Virus record (IMG/VR): IMGVR_UViG_3300036760_000945
Coordinates: 18,852 to 82,851 of that record
Length of the DNA stretch: 64,000 bases
From: a virus
Strand: one strand, 5' to 3'
Shown here one piece after another: positions 1-11,200 of the stretch. The first letter of the stretch is position 1. Each line of letters opens with the position of its first letter. The position numbers and the translations under genes were made by a program. A model generated the notes under the pieces. The model worked only from the letters and a program-made list of their open reading frames with translations. It had not been told where the DNA came from and did no database searches.

Positions 1-217
1 GAGTAACATATCGAGGAGGCGTATACTCAACCATTACACCAATGGTGGTGGTTCTTGCCATATGAGGAGGCAAGTATTCAACTATTGCTCCGATATCGGT
101 AGTTCTGGCCTTGTGAACGGGCGCAAATTCAGCTATTGCTCCGATATTAGTAGTTCTTATTTTGCGGAGATCAACAAATTCGACTATTTCGCCGATATTG
201 GTAGTTCTTTTTGCCAT
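1..217 (-). CDS. Partial (runs off window edge) tail-region protein with 17-aa tandem repeats
   Basis: Not in ORF track. ATG at 217, just after the upstream stop; reads MAKRTTNIGEIVEFVDLRKI-RTTNIGAIAEFAPVHKA-RTTDIGAIVEYLPPHMA-RTTTIGVMVEYTPPRYVT, open to position 1. Confidence 0.7.
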   Translation of the reverse strand, partial: MAKRTTNIGEIVEFVDLRKIRTTNIGAIAEFAPVHKARTTDIGAIVEYLPPHMARTTTIGVMVEYTPPRYVT

Positions 218-220
218 AAG

Positions 221-1228
221 TTAGCTCCGGGTCTTGGGACCAACTTGTAAGGCATCTAATTCTGCTACTGTCCATGCAAGTCCAGTTTGTGGGTTGACAA
301 GATATTCGGTTCCGAAAATCCGTTTATTGTAAACACTTAACAATTCAACATCCGGACCCGCATACTCAACAGCATGTGTCTTCACCACAAGAGAAATCAG
401 ACCCCCCGCTGCAACAGTATCTTTTGCTCGTGCTTCTGCATAAACGCGGAAAATGGTTACGTTTGCCAGATTACTTGGCGATAAATTATATAAATCTTTT
501 TCATCAACAGTTGCTCCTTCAACATAGGTTGTGTCGCCGTCTGCCGGAATATCATCCACAAGCAAGTAATTATCAACCTGATTTGCATCTGAGCCCGTTA
601 ATTGAGAAAGATCACCATTGGCGTTTGGCCGCAACAATATAATCCTTCCGTCCCCACACCAAGAATCATCAACTCCTCCAGCCAAATCATTCAAAGCCAG
701 ATCGTCGAAATATTCAGTGGCATTATCTCCAAACATTAAATATACAATATCCGCAGATGATGCAGTGAATGTATCTCCAGTGAATGTTACATCCAGCACA
801 CCATCAATTCTCACCTCGACTATGCCTCCAACATTTGCTACCCCAATATGAATCTCTACTAGATGCCATTCATTTAGTGATATTGGAGTTGTGCCTCTTG
901 CTACTTCTGTTGGATTACCTCCGGCATCAAAAAGGACGATCCCTATACCAATGCTACCAATAGCATTGATTGAACACATCTTTTCTGTGGGAGTATGTCC
1001 AAATGCAAAAATCTCCTGTGCGTTGGATGCGGTATAGTAGGCAAAGCGTAGATAAAGTTCAGTTAGAGGAGCTATCTGTTTCATTGATGGCGTCTGTCCT
1101 AAAGAATTGGCAGACCAACTCACTAAACCTGATCTTATATGGGCTGAGGACAGCGAATCACCCACACCGACGTAAGTCCAGAATAGTTCGTCTTGCATTT
1201 CAAAACCTTCAGTAAATATTCTAGCCAT
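221..1228 (-). CDS. Minor tail / putative receptor-binding protein, LamG/ConA-like beta-sandwich (paralog 2)
   Basis: 335 aa; ELYLRFAY, LNEWHLVEIHI, YFDDLALND motifs; end of tail operon; paralog of 1274-2281. Confidence 0.6.
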   Translation of the reverse strand: MARIFTEGFEMQDELFWTYVGVGDSLSSAHIRSGLVSWSANSLGQTPSMKQIAPLTELYLRFAYYTASNAQEIFAFGHTPTEKMCSINAIGSIGIGIVLFDAGGNPTEVARGTTPISLNEWHLVEIHIGVANVGGIVEVRIDGVLDVTFTGDTFTASSADIVYLMFGDNATEYFDDLALNDLAGGVDDSWCGDGRIILLRPNANGDLSQLTGSDANQVDNYLLVDDIPADGDTTYVEGATVDEKDLYNLSPSNLANVTIFRVYAEARAKDTVAAGGLISLVVKTHAVEYAGPDVELLSVYNKRIFGTEYLVNPQTGLAWTVAELDALQVGPKTRS

Positions 1229-1273
1229 TTTTATACCTCTTTCTTGTATAAATTGGGATCATTTTCTCTAAAT

Positions 1274-2281
1274 TCATCGAATTATACATCCGGCCTGGAG
1301 TGCGTTCACACGCGCTTCTGTCCAGGCAGCCGAGTCCGCAGGATCTGTTAAATATTCAGCAGACAAATAGCGGGCATAGGCAAGTGTTAGGGCTTGATCT
1401 ACGCCCTGTTCGTCCGTTGTGGCGCTGCGCAAGAGTGTAGCGATTTTATCTCCGTCCGCTGCTGTTTCAAGTGCATCCACTTCTACCCACACACGAGCAA
1501 TGGAAGCGCCACTAGGCAGTCCGGCAATGTCGGACAAGAGATAAGTGGACTTTTTGTCCACTGTGGACTCGTAAACATAGTCTGTGCTGTTAGCTGGGAT
1601 TTCATTTACGCAATCCCAAGCGTTGCCGGTACTGGCAATCAAGTCGGCGTATTCGGCAGCGCCAGTAATAGGTACTAACGCCGCAAGTACACCGCCGTCA
1701 CCGATCCAAGAATTATCAACAGCGCCAGCAGTATCATTAAAGGCAATATCGTCAAAATAAGAGTTGTTACTTCCACTAGGAGCAGTAACAGAACGACAGT
1801 AGAATCTGTCCATTGCCGCCTGAGCATTTGTTGCACCAGACCAATCAAGGACAAGCGTACCATCGAATTTGACCTGGAAGATCCCATTGGGGGCCGCTGC
1901 AATTTTGACGTGGACTTCAAATACGTGCCATTCATTCAGGTTCATGGTGAATAAGGAACTTGTTGCCCTTAATGTAGTACCATCATACATCTCTATACTC
2001 GCTACTCCATTTCCAAACGTCTTAGTTCGCAACGATCCGGCCTCACTCGCACCATTATTCCATTGAAAGAACCGGCAAGCACTCGAAAGGTCCACGCGAA
2101 AGGCAAAGCGGATATAAAACTCTGTCATAGAGGTAAGAACTTTCAGCGCCGAGTGAGCAGAAGAAGCAATTCTATATGAATAATTTCCTGTTCGTCTTGT
2201 TGTACTGATAGATACTTCTTCAACACTTGTCAATCTCAACAGATCACCGCTTTCTGCACCGTCTGTAAATAGTCGAGTCAT
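1274..2281 (-). CDS. Minor tail / putative receptor-binding protein, LamG/ConA-like (paralog 1)
   Basis: 335 aa; EFYIRFAF, LNEWHVFEVHV, YFDDIAFND; GGAG RBS. Confidence 0.6.
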   Translation of the reverse strand: MTRLFTDGAESGDLLRLTSVEEVSISTTRRTGNYSYRIASSAHSALKVLTSMTEFYIRFAFRVDLSSACRFFQWNNGASEAGSLRTKTFGNGVASIEMYDGTTLRATSSLFTMNLNEWHVFEVHVKIAAAPNGIFQVKFDGTLVLDWSGATNAQAAMDRFYCRSVTAPSGSNNSYFDDIAFNDTAGAVDNSWIGDGGVLAALVPITGAAEYADLIASTGNAWDCVNEIPANSTDYVYESTVDKKSTYLLSDIAGLPSGASIARVWVEVDALETAADGDKIATLLRSATTDEQGVDQALTLAYARYLSAEYLTDPADSAAWTEARVNALQAGCIIR

Positions 2282-2290
2282 GTTATTCTC

Positions 2291-3436
2291 CTAGCTATAA
2301 ACCACGTGAACCGTTAGATTTTCGCCAGCGACAGAACTGCCAATTTGGTCAATATCTGCTGTCAGATACTCGCCATCTTCCAGGGTGATAACATCAATGG
2401 TTGTAGTATAACCCGTATGTTCTCCGGCTGCAACCTGTGGGCGATTCCCCTGAGCAGTAAAAATGGTCGTACCAGACTTGTGAATATCTACGATAATTGC
2501 CGCGCCCGTAGGTGCAGTGCCTACAGCAAGGAACACTTTTGAGATAGTTAGCGTTCCACCAAGATTGTTGTAGATGCGGATCGCGCCTATAGCCAGCGTT
2601 AGTACATCCTCATAAGTGAAAATAAACACGCGCTTTGACACCGTTGCATTAGTTTCAACGTAATATTCTATAATTAACCCATCACCAACCTCAGGCACAA
2701 AGTTCAATATCAATATAGGCTTGCCATAATCATCGGTGTCTAATATATATATCTCTGGTTCCTGACGCAAACCATTGTAGAACACAGAGACCTGCTCAGA
2801 AAATGGATCTCGGCTAAGGTCAAATGTATCTGTTATTCCATCAATTTGGCTAGTAAGATTTTCTATAAACCCAGAGAGGTTGCCTCCACCGCCAAGTGTA
2901 ACTACCGAGGCATCGCCTACCTCATCATCTTCCACCTGAACGTTGAGGCCAACGAAATTGAGTTTTGTACGTTGGGCAAGTGGTGTGCCCTCGTCTTGGA
3001 TGATATGGCCGCCGCCAGCTCCAAGATTTCCATGTTCGTCTTCTGTGAGATGATAATATTCTGCCGGTGTGCCCTCAGAGGGCGCCAACCCTCCCTGAAT
3101 GCCAGATAGATCATTATGCTGTCCACCATAAGGCGTGGGCTCGGTTGGCGGCGGTACCACGGGTGCTGGAACGAACGTTCTCCTCGCTGCCGTTGTTATT
3201 GCTGTATCAACATTCCCGCTTGCAGTATGAACTATGGGCGTGCCACTACGGTAATCTACATAGACAGAATCGCCGATGGAGGGAGAGGCACCTAAGAAGA
3301 TCAAGCCATGCAAGAGCTTTCCGACACCGCTAAGACGAACACTACAAAACCTTCCCAGCACATCGACTACAGTTGCGGGGATAATCTTTTGCTTGGAGAG
3401 CTTTGAGATCTCGGACGAAATTCTTGTGCGTGCCAT
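2291..3436 (-). CDS. Modular minor tail / fibre protein
   Basis: Modules typical of tail proteins (HNDLSGIQGG..YYHLT; IIQDEG..KLNFVG; VFYNGLRQ; TAPTGAAIIVDI..DIDQIGS); position after tail-tip genes. Confidence 0.6.
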   Translation of the reverse strand: MARTRISSEISKLSKQKIIPATVVDVLGRFCSVRLSGVGKLLHGLIFLGASPSIGDSVYVDYRSGTPIVHTASGNVDTAITTAARRTFVPAPVVPPPTEPTPYGGQHNDLSGIQGGLAPSEGTPAEYYHLTEDEHGNLGAGGGHIIQDEGTPLAQRTKLNFVGLNVQVEDDEVGDASVVTLGGGGNLSGFIENLTSQIDGITDTFDLSRDPFSEQVSVFYNGLRQEPEIYILDTDDYGKPILILNFVPEVGDGLIIEYYVETNATVSKRVFIFTYEDVLTLAIGAIRIYNNLGGTLTISKVFLAVGTAPTGAAIIVDIHKSGTTIFTAQGNRPQVAAGEHTGYTTTIDVITLEDGEYLTADIDQIGSSVAGENLTVHVVYS

Positions 3437-3438
3437 TG

Positions 3439-4401
3439 TTAGGTCTTCTTCCTACCAGAAACCGACATTCGATAAGCGCCGTCTTCTAATCTTATCTGGA
3501 TCCCCTCTACAATTATATTATCCTCTATGTGCCTGAGAGTACTGGTTGCGATCAAGTCCACAGCGAGAATGTCCCGCGCCTCGAGACGTGGATCCAACCG
3601 TGCGTCGACAGTTTTTTCATGCCTCTTCTGCAAAGCGGTAATTTGATATTTTCGCGCCGCCTCGATTGCGCCAGAGCTTAGCTCGCTTAGCCTATATAGC
3701 CTCGTGATTAAACCAACCTCTTCGGCGGTGGCCGCGTCTATCGCCAGGGCAACGTCCTCGCCCTGGATAATACCATCCGAGCTAAGTTGCAGATTGTCCT
3801 CTAGGGTATCTGCATATTGCTTGATGTGGTGCGCAAGCACAGTATCCTTTACTGCTGAGTAGGTGAATTCCAGGTTTCTGTCCACGCCGGCGTTTATCTC
3901 TATTGGGCGCTGCTGGATCACGGACTGGATCGCACTCTCGGTATTGGCCTCATAGTCAACATAAACTGCCTCGCGCTGATCGGCTAACTCCGAGCGGCAA
4001 ATATTTCCAAGCACGAGTGTACCAACGGTCACACTTAGACTGGCTGTTACCGTAGCCAGATAAGTAGCGGCCCCAACGGCATAGCTGTATACACAACACC
4101 CATTACAATACCCAGAAATATATTGGTCGTAGATGAAGATACGAATTTCAAAGTCCAAGGCTGCATCCTCTCCAAGTTGGAAGTTGGAGACATCAACAGT
4201 ATCGGCCCCCATAAGCGTCTTGAATTTCACATACCGATCGCCATCTATTGTCTCTGCCTCAACACTTACTTTGAGCGCAGCGGCCGCATCACCAGTAGTA
4301 TAGTAAGCAGGTAATGCCTGTATATCAGTAGTAAGCACAATGGTTCTTCCTACTACGGGTACAAAAGAGAAAAATACTTCGAGGCTGCCGTGTTCTGCCA
4401 T
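3439..4401 (-). CDS. Tail tip / hub-like protein
   Basis: 320 aa; C-terminal DPRLEARDIL..IVEGIQI resembles hub protein ends; TAATG coupling to upstream gene. Confidence 0.5.
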   Translation of the reverse strand: MAEHGSLEVFFSFVPVVGRTIVLTTDIQALPAYYTTGDAAAALKVSVEAETIDGDRYVKFKTLMGADTVDVSNFQLGEDAALDFEIRIFIYDQYISGYCNGCCVYSYAVGAATYLATVTASLSVTVGTLVLGNICRSELADQREAVYVDYEANTESAIQSVIQQRPIEINAGVDRNLEFTYSAVKDTVLAHHIKQYADTLEDNLQLSSDGIIQGEDVALAIDAATAEEVGLITRLYRLSELSSGAIEAARKYQITALQKRHEKTVDARLDPRLEARDILAVDLIATSTLRHIEDNIIVEGIQIRLEDGAYRMSVSGRKKT

Positions 4402-7400
4402 TAGAGCTCAAACTCCTCGCCAGGGCTATATGTACCATTAGCCAGGATAATATCTCCTGGAAAGGCTGCATCGGTGCCCGCTATTCTGCAAAACTTCTCC
4501 AAGAGTGAGGTAATGGAATTGTCGTGGTCATTGCTGGAGGCATAGAAACCCTTTAGTTCCACTGTATCCTTGGAGTGAATATAAACAAAAGTTCCTTCAG
4601 GATAAGAAACGCCCTCCGCCGGCGTGGCGATCAAGGAGACCCCGGTCAACCCATTGACAAGATACATTTTCTCAGAGCACGAGGCGGAGTAGTCTGGGAT
4701 ATCCTCTGAATAATGTCGCGCCCTTTCTCTTGCCCAGACAACCTGTCCAACAGTTGTAATCCACACCTTCCATTGTGTGTTCTGGTTCAGCCAAGCATAG
4801 CCAGCACTTGTGGCAACAATAGCACCCTCAAGATCATCTGAATGTGCGGCGCCATCGAGCCATTTGAATTGATAGAATTCTACTGCCATCCCGCCTTGGT
4901 AAGTATAGCCGCCACCGGGATCAGAGTTATATGGCGTGCCCCAATCTGTGTAGTTCCGCAACTGGAATGGCCCATTGGGTGGATTATCGACATCGTTGAA
5001 GAATTCGTTTTTCCCAGTATACTTATAGATCGTGCCGTCAATATCAACCTCTCCCGCTGTAGGGAAGTCAGTCACGAAGTCGGAGTCAAGGCTTGTATCA
5101 TCCATGTCCAATGGCAGGACAGGAATAATTGCCTCAGTGGAGCAAAAGCCGGTTGTTCTAAAGCGCGGCGGATCAATGAAGCCATAAATGCCAACATGGA
5201 ATATATCGTTAACTGTAACTATGCTGCCATCGGCTTCTAGCCAGGAGTATAGCAGTTGCGAGCCCCTGGTGGGCCATACTACAGTAGTGATCTCTTTTAC
5301 CTCAAGGCCGAAGAGGCCGTCTCTATGCCAAAGGCGCATATCGTAGTCAGTGCCTCCCACAATATCTCCGTTGTTCTGCTCGAGGAGGATTGTCTTCCGG
5401 CCACCGCGGATCTTGGCAAGACCCATCTTCCCCTCTGAGATATAGCCGAGAACGAAGTTGTCTTTGTCACTGCCAAGACCAAGAGGTCCAACGGACGTGT
5501 ATTCTCCTTTGAATTGTACCCTAACATCGCAGTCGAAATTCCAAGCCGAGAACGGGCGCGAGGAGAATAGGATTTGTGGGATACCCTTTACTTTACTTCT
5601 CATAACTGTTGGCAAGTCTCCGCCACCACCGACAGAGCCAGCAGTCACATTAATACTTGCTGCTATATATTTATTGGTATCCCAAAAAAGAGGTACTATG
5701 CCACCATCGATTGTGAACCAGTCGCCTGATTGTATATCAGTTTCGAAGGTGTGCTCGAAAGTATGACTGTAGGGGTTAGTGCGAGTAAAAACCTCACTAT
5801 AGGCATCCTCTACAATGGCGCCGAATTGTCCGCCTCTTTTATGTACAATATTATATTGAATTGTATTACCGCCGCCGGTTGGGCTTCCAGAGAAAGTAAT
5901 GCTAACTGTGACCTGGCCGCCAGTGCCGTGATTCGGACTTAATTCAAAGACGATCTTCTCGTCATCCCAACACAGGTAGTTCCAACCGTGTGGTCCGGCA
6001 AGATATTCAAGTGAGTCTGACCATATATTTGGGTCCCACGGATTTTCAGTCTCGCCGTTTATCTGATGAACACTTCCCACCTCTTCTTCGACCACAAAGC
6101 CAGGCTGATATGTTGACTCTATCGGTATCAGATTTACTGTGATGCCCGGCAGCTCAACACGCTCGGGATAATAAACCGTAGCACCACTATCTGATATTAC
6201 GCGTATGCCAACCTTGATGAGCTTCTTGCCCTCGCCTGGGTTTACCATTTGATAGACTACTGGGTATGAGCCCGCGCGTGCTCCTTCAGGGAAGTAGGTT
6301 TGCGGCGGATTTGAATAGCCACCATAGTCATCATCCAGCTCCTCGAGTGTAGACACAACTGTACTTTGTAAACCGTTTTCATCCTCTACCAATAAGAGTG
6401 CATAGAAGTCATCATTTGGCGAGTTGTGCGGTGTTGGATCATACGGATTGGGCTCCGGTGCGCCGCTGTCAATGCCGGCCCGGCTCCAACCGAAGCTGCG
6501 AACTTCTATGGTGGCCGCGTCATCGAGCACGGGATATTCTGTACAGAAAGTCTCAATATCAGCACACCAGTGATCTGTGGCAGTTGCAGCTTCGTGACAT
6601 TGATATCCAAGGCCGCCGCCTTCGGCTAGGATTTCTGGTGTCCAGAAGTCGCAGGACAATGTCCAGGTTGGACCAGCATCAGAGTTGACATCATAGAGAT
6701 TAGATTTATCCTTGACCAGGTCCAGAATAGACTGCTTGCCCTGCAGCTCCAGGTAAAAGGGGTGCGTCATTGAAGATGTATGCCACAGGCCATCGGGAAG
6801 AACAGAAAGATCATAGCCTCTTACACCATCCCCGAAGGATTTCACAATGCGTGCAATCACAACATCGTGATACTTGAGCCATTCCAAACCAGCAATTGTG
6901 TGAACACCAATTTCCAGCTTGGAATATGTGCCCGTGTCAAGGTAGGGATTGTCGAGGTAGAGCTCATCGCTGGCCTTCGCCTTTACTGCCCAGCCAGCCT
7001 GGGGATCGCCACTAATATTATCAAGGACAATGTCGACAGAGGGTGTATCCTCCCCAATAACCTGATACGGCGCAACGGTTCGATAGAGTTGTGTGTCTGT
7101 GAAAAAGACAATATCGCCACTTTCCTCATCGTAGCGCGCCGAGAAGCGAAGATCTACCTGGCTGACAAGTACTCTTCTATCAAGAGAGAAAACGATACCA
7201 TCGTCAGAATGGGACAATAGTGTATAGACAGTACTTGTCTCAAACTCTTCTTGTCGATAGAAACGACCAACCATGAACACGCGCTCGTTATATACAAAGA
7301 CGCCGGTTATGTCGAAATTGCTGAGGTCCTCGGGGATCGCAATAAAGAAGTCGGACCAGGAACCATCCTTGTTGTTAGTAGCCAATTTATAGTAAATACC

Positions 7401-7811
7401 CTGAACCGCCCCATCGTATCTAGTAAAGTAGGCAAAGATTTTGTCCCCAAAGATAGCGGCGCCAGAATTTATTAGTTGGGCAGAGTCGTCTTCATACTCG
7501 TCTATAAGAGGCAGAACGTTAACTGGGTCAAATATCCTTCCCGGAGAAATGTGGACAGCATCGTCGCCATCAATATAGGCAATTCTAACAGCCCCCTCAT
7601 CAAAGTAAAACCTGATCTTCTGTGTGGCCGATACCGGATGAGTAACATCGTCAACGCCAACTATAGTTGGAAGGGTTGGCGTATATACTTCATTTACGAG
7701 GTCCGCGGCATCGAAATAGACACGCGACTTATAGGCCGTAAGTCTGCCAGTTGCCTTGAAGCTCTCGGGAATAGTGATCGCATCTTCGAGTTCCGTGCCT
7801 GTTTGTCTCAT
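4401..7811 (-). CDS. Large tail-tip / baseplate structural protein
   Basis: ~1136 aa, acidic and beta-rich, two genes after TMP; start moved to ATG 7811, which overlaps the upstream TAA (TAATG). Confidence 0.6.
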   Translation of the reverse strand: MRQTGTELEDAITIPESFKATGRLTAYKSRVYFDAADLVNEVYTPTLPTIVGVDDVTHPVSATQKIRFYFDEGAVRIAYIDGDDAVHISPGRIFDPVNVLPLIDEYEDDSAQLINSGAAIFGDKIFAYFTRYDGAVQGIYYKLATNNKDGSWSDFFIAIPEDLSNFDITGVFVYNERVFMVGRFYRQEEFETSTVYTLLSHSDDGIVFSLDRRVLVSQVDLRFSARYDEESGDIVFFTDTQLYRTVAPYQVIGEDTPSVDIVLDNISGDPQAGWAVKAKASDELYLDNPYLDTGTYSKLEIGVHTIAGLEWLKYHDVVIARIVKSFGDGVRGYDLSVLPDGLWHTSSMTHPFYLELQGKQSILDLVKDKSNLYDVNSDAGPTWTLSCDFWTPEILAEGGGLGYQCHEAATATDHWCADIETFCTEYPVLDDAATIEVRSFGWSRAGIDSGAPEPNPYDPTPHNSPNDDFYALLLVEDENGLQSTVVSTLEELDDDYGGYSNPPQTYFPEGARAGSYPVVYQMVNPGEGKKLIKVGIRVISDSGATVYYPERVELPGITVNLIPIESTYQPGFVVEEEVGSVHQINGETENPWDPNIWSDSLEYLAGPHGWNYLCWDDEKIVFELSPNHGTGGQVTVSITFSGSPTGGGNTIQYNIVHKRGGQFGAIVEDAYSEVFTRTNPYSHTFEHTFETDIQSGDWFTIDGGIVPLFWDTNKYIAASINVTAGSVGGGGDLPTVMRSKVKGIPQILFSSRPFSAWNFDCDVRVQFKGEYTSVGPLGLGSDKDNFVLGYISEGKMGLAKIRGGRKTILLEQNNGDIVGGTDYDMRLWHRDGLFGLEVKEITTVVWPTRGSQLLYSWLEADGSIVTVNDIFHVGIYGFIDPPRFRTTGFCSTEAIIPVLPLDMDDTSLDSDFVTDFPTAGEVDIDGTIYKYTGKNEFFNDVDNPPNGPFQLRNYTDWGTPYNSDPGGGYTYQGGMAVEFYQFKWLDGAAHSDDLEGAIVATSAGYAWLNQNTQWKVWITTVGQVVWARERARHYSEDIPDYSASCSEKMYLVNGLTGVSLIATPAEGVSYPEGTFVYIHSKDTVELKGFYASSNDHDNSITSLLEKFCRIAGTDAAFPGDIILANGTYSPGEEFEL

Positions 7812-8260
7812 TATGAGGACTCCTCTGTAGGTCCTATAAACAGGAACGTACATTGTATCACATAGAAGGAGTATATGCCCTCTATCTCGATACCAAGGAT
7901 CTTCTCTGCAAAACTACCAACCATAAGTACATCATAGTCGTCACCGAAGTGTGTGGTCAGGACCAGGATATTCGAAGGTGTTCCGTTTGGATTATTATAG
8001 GAGAAGAACGTCTTTAGATCCTCGAGTGTTCCCCAGTCACTCTCTTCGTATTCGTCTTCTTCCTCGGTGTGCCGTACACGTACCAGGTATTCATGCTGCT
8101 CATAGAGCCCGCCCATGGACACATCAAGGCCGCCATCAAGCGTCCTGTCAACCGTTTGTGACTTTTCCATAGTAGGGTTATATCCCTCAAAAAGGACATG
8201 AAACCTTTTAGAGAGGGTGTCATTGCTATTTGTCAAAACGAAATATTTGTTCGTGGTCAT
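7811..8260 (-). CDS. Distal tail (Dit-like) protein
   Basis: 149 aa directly after TMP; RTLDG motif. Confidence 0.5.
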   Translation of the reverse strand: MTTNKYFVLTNSNDTLSKRFHVLFEGYNPTMEKSQTVDRTLDGGLDVSMGGLYEQHEYLVRVRHTEEEDEYEESDWGTLEDLKTFFSYNNPNGTPSNILVLTTHFGDDYDVLMVGSFAEKILGIEIEGIYSFYVIQCTFLFIGPTEESS

Positions 8261-8261
8261 G

Positions 8262-11200
8262 CTAGCTCCTCAGCTCCTTCGTGACCGCATCGAGGACAAA
8301 GGAAGAGAGTTTCTCGTTGCCAATATAGATGTTCACAATCTGTGGCGCACCGGCCTTCTTGCCGCCCATTGGAATATAGGATGAACCGCCAGCAATTGTT
8401 ACGCCGACAGGGCGCTGGAAAAGATTATGAATACGTTTCAGACTCTCCCATTCGCTGTGTGGAATTACACGGCCGCCGACGATGCCTTCAGTGCCCTGTT
8501 CGCCAACTTCGACTGCGCCACTAGCAAGACCTCGAAGAATACCACCTGCGGCTTTCATGCTTTCAAGGTTATGAGCCAATACTCCGCCAGCAAAATAGCT
8601 ATGTGTCTCGTCATCCGTTCCGAAGTTATAGGACGGTACCTGTTCTCCGTTCCAGGAAAGATCTGTTACAACAACGTCTTTTCCATCTTTGTCCAGTAGC
8701 GCATCTCCAAGTCGTAAAGTCTTGGCATGTGCCCACTCGCCATTAATAGACATTGGGTGTCCCGCTGTTACGCCAAGGTGCTTATTGATAGTAATATAGC
8801 CACAGTTGCTTTTAGCAGAGTGATGAAACACTTTATTGACCCTCGCATTTACCGGCTCGCGAGTCTTGATATTCATCGAGAGAACCATATCTCCAACCTG
8901 AACCTCTTCAATGGGTTTGGTCAAGCCGGCTACCATTGTTATCATTGTTCCTGCAATGAAGCATGGTGCATTTCCTTCACCTTCGCCATGCTCGGTTGTG
9001 ACTCCTGGCATCCGTAGAAGTTGATCAATCCACTTTTTGAGAATAGGTATAGAAGTGGACATGGCGGTTTGCCAATCCATTAGGGCATCGTCTGTCAATA
9101 GACTGAGTGCGCCCTTGGCATTATCGGCATAGATCTGGAACTTGACCATTGCGTCGTTCAGATCTTTTTGCTGTTTGGCATAGAAGGCAGTAATACCAGC
9201 CGACTCTTTCTCGAGCGCCATCTGCTGGATATACTGTGCGCGTTCGAGCTTGGTCTGCTCTTCCTGGAGTATCTTGTTCTGCTGGTAATACTCGATGGAC
9301 TTATCGAGTTGTTCCTGTTGCATCTTTAGATTCTCTTTGAACTGTTTGTTCTGAAGAGCAAAACGCTGATCTTCAAGTTTCCAGAGTTCCTTCTGCCTAT
9401 TCTTTTGTTTATCGATCTGCTCACCTTCAAGATCGTGCATAATTGTCTCGCGGCCCATTTGCCGTTCTGCAAGTTTGCGTTCACGCCCAGTCATGAAACG
9501 GATATTTTCGGCGTAGTCTTCCTGGCGCCAGCCCCACTGAAGTTCGCGTGTTTGGGTCTGATAGCCCCAGTCTTGCTGTGTCCAGCCGCGTTGCATTTGC
9601 GTACCGCGTTGATTGAGTGCCATGTTCTCCTGGAACTGCTGCGCGCCAAGGTTCATGCCTCTCTGCTGAAAACCGAATTGCCATCCCTGTTGTTGATAAC
9701 CAAGTGCGCGTTGTGCGTCCTGCAGACCCCAAGTACCGCCCTGGTACAACGGCCCAAACGGCTGCCCGGTCTGTGGATTGATTGTACCCGCATATTGTTG
9801 TATGCCAACGCCGGTCGTAAAGGCCAGATTCTGATTTACACGTTTCATCGCCAGGCCAGCAGAGGCCATTGCCTGATTGTACTGAGACTGGTTCTGCATG
9901 AACTGTAGTGCATACTGGCCACCAATATTGCCAATTGTTTCACCGCTGGCAAGTGTCATTGGCCCACCAGGAATTGCAATACCACCAGCCATGCCAGCAA
10001 TGAAGGGTGCAGCCAGGCCGGTAGAGGTTTGCCAGTTTCTACCCCAGATCTGTTGTGCAGTCTGGAGTCCAGTCTGGCCAACCTGTGCCAAACTACTCTG
10101 TCCCCAATTCAAACCTGTTGGCTGGTTGGTCCCCATACGTATATCGGTCAAGGCCATATTGTTAATACCCATAGTCTGGCCAGTGATCATGGGGAAGCGC
10201 TGGGCCATCAACTGTGGCGATATTCCGCCCGTTGCAGCAAGTGCAGCAACTGCAGTTGGTTGTGCATTATACAACTGGTTATAGAACCATTCCTGGCCTT
10301 TGGGCATTGCACCAGAAGTGAACTGTTGATATAACTGGTTGCCGAGTGCAGGACGGTTAAATTGATAGGCTTGCTGTTGTAACTGCGCACCAATACCAAT
10401 GCGATAATTGGCCTGAGCCTCCTGGGCACTCCAAGTCGCAGTCTGGCGAGCTGCTTCTTCTGGCAACATAGCGACAGCCTCACCACCAGATATATATTCT
10501 GTCTGAAGAGGTGCGGGAGTCCTAGTTAGACCTGCTGCGCGTTGTGCCATCCATGCAGAGTAACGCGCCTTATAAACATCTCCAGCGGGTTTATTGTAAA
10601 GAATACCATTGGCTATTTGGTTATCCAGATACTTTTTCATATCTGTGTCTGTTCGAAGTTGACTTGCCGTTGTGACATTTCCAGGAAGCCACGCTGCAGC
10701 TGCACCAAAACCACTCGTGTATTGTCCACCAAGTCCCAATAGTGCTTGTTGGTTTGCAGTTGGATAGTTTTTACTAATATAGTTGGCCAGAGCACCCTGA
10801 ACTGTAGTGGTTACCCCGGGAATAAGTGCAGTCCCTGCCGTTGTTTGTCCAAGAGCAGGCGGTCCCTGCAGGGTTCCATAAAGAGGAGCTGCCGCAAATG
10901 CACCTGCACCCATACCAGAGGCAGACAAAATACCTGCTGCCAGTTCACCTGGTTGCATACCTTGTTGATATTGTTCAGCAAAGCGCTGCCAATAACTCTG
11001 CGGAAGGTTTTGGTTTGAAACCAGAGTAAATGCTTTGGCAATTGCATCAGGAGCCAGATCTGTTCTTTGGCCCTGAGCGATCTGCATTGTTGTAGAAAGT
11101 GCTTTAACATATTGAGTTGTTCCAGGAAGAGTGCCAGCAAGTTGCCACATTTGTGCATTGGGCTGTCCTGACATCATCTGGCGTAGAACTGTCCATTTCG

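Noticed and set aside
40-210. Periodic 51-bp repeats as a CRISPR array
   Set aside because: Units are degenerate, a multiple of 3, and translate into a protein repeat; no unique spacers
221-2281. Diversity-generating retroelement
   Set aside because: No reverse transcriptase and no near-identical TR/VR pair with A-specific mismatches seen
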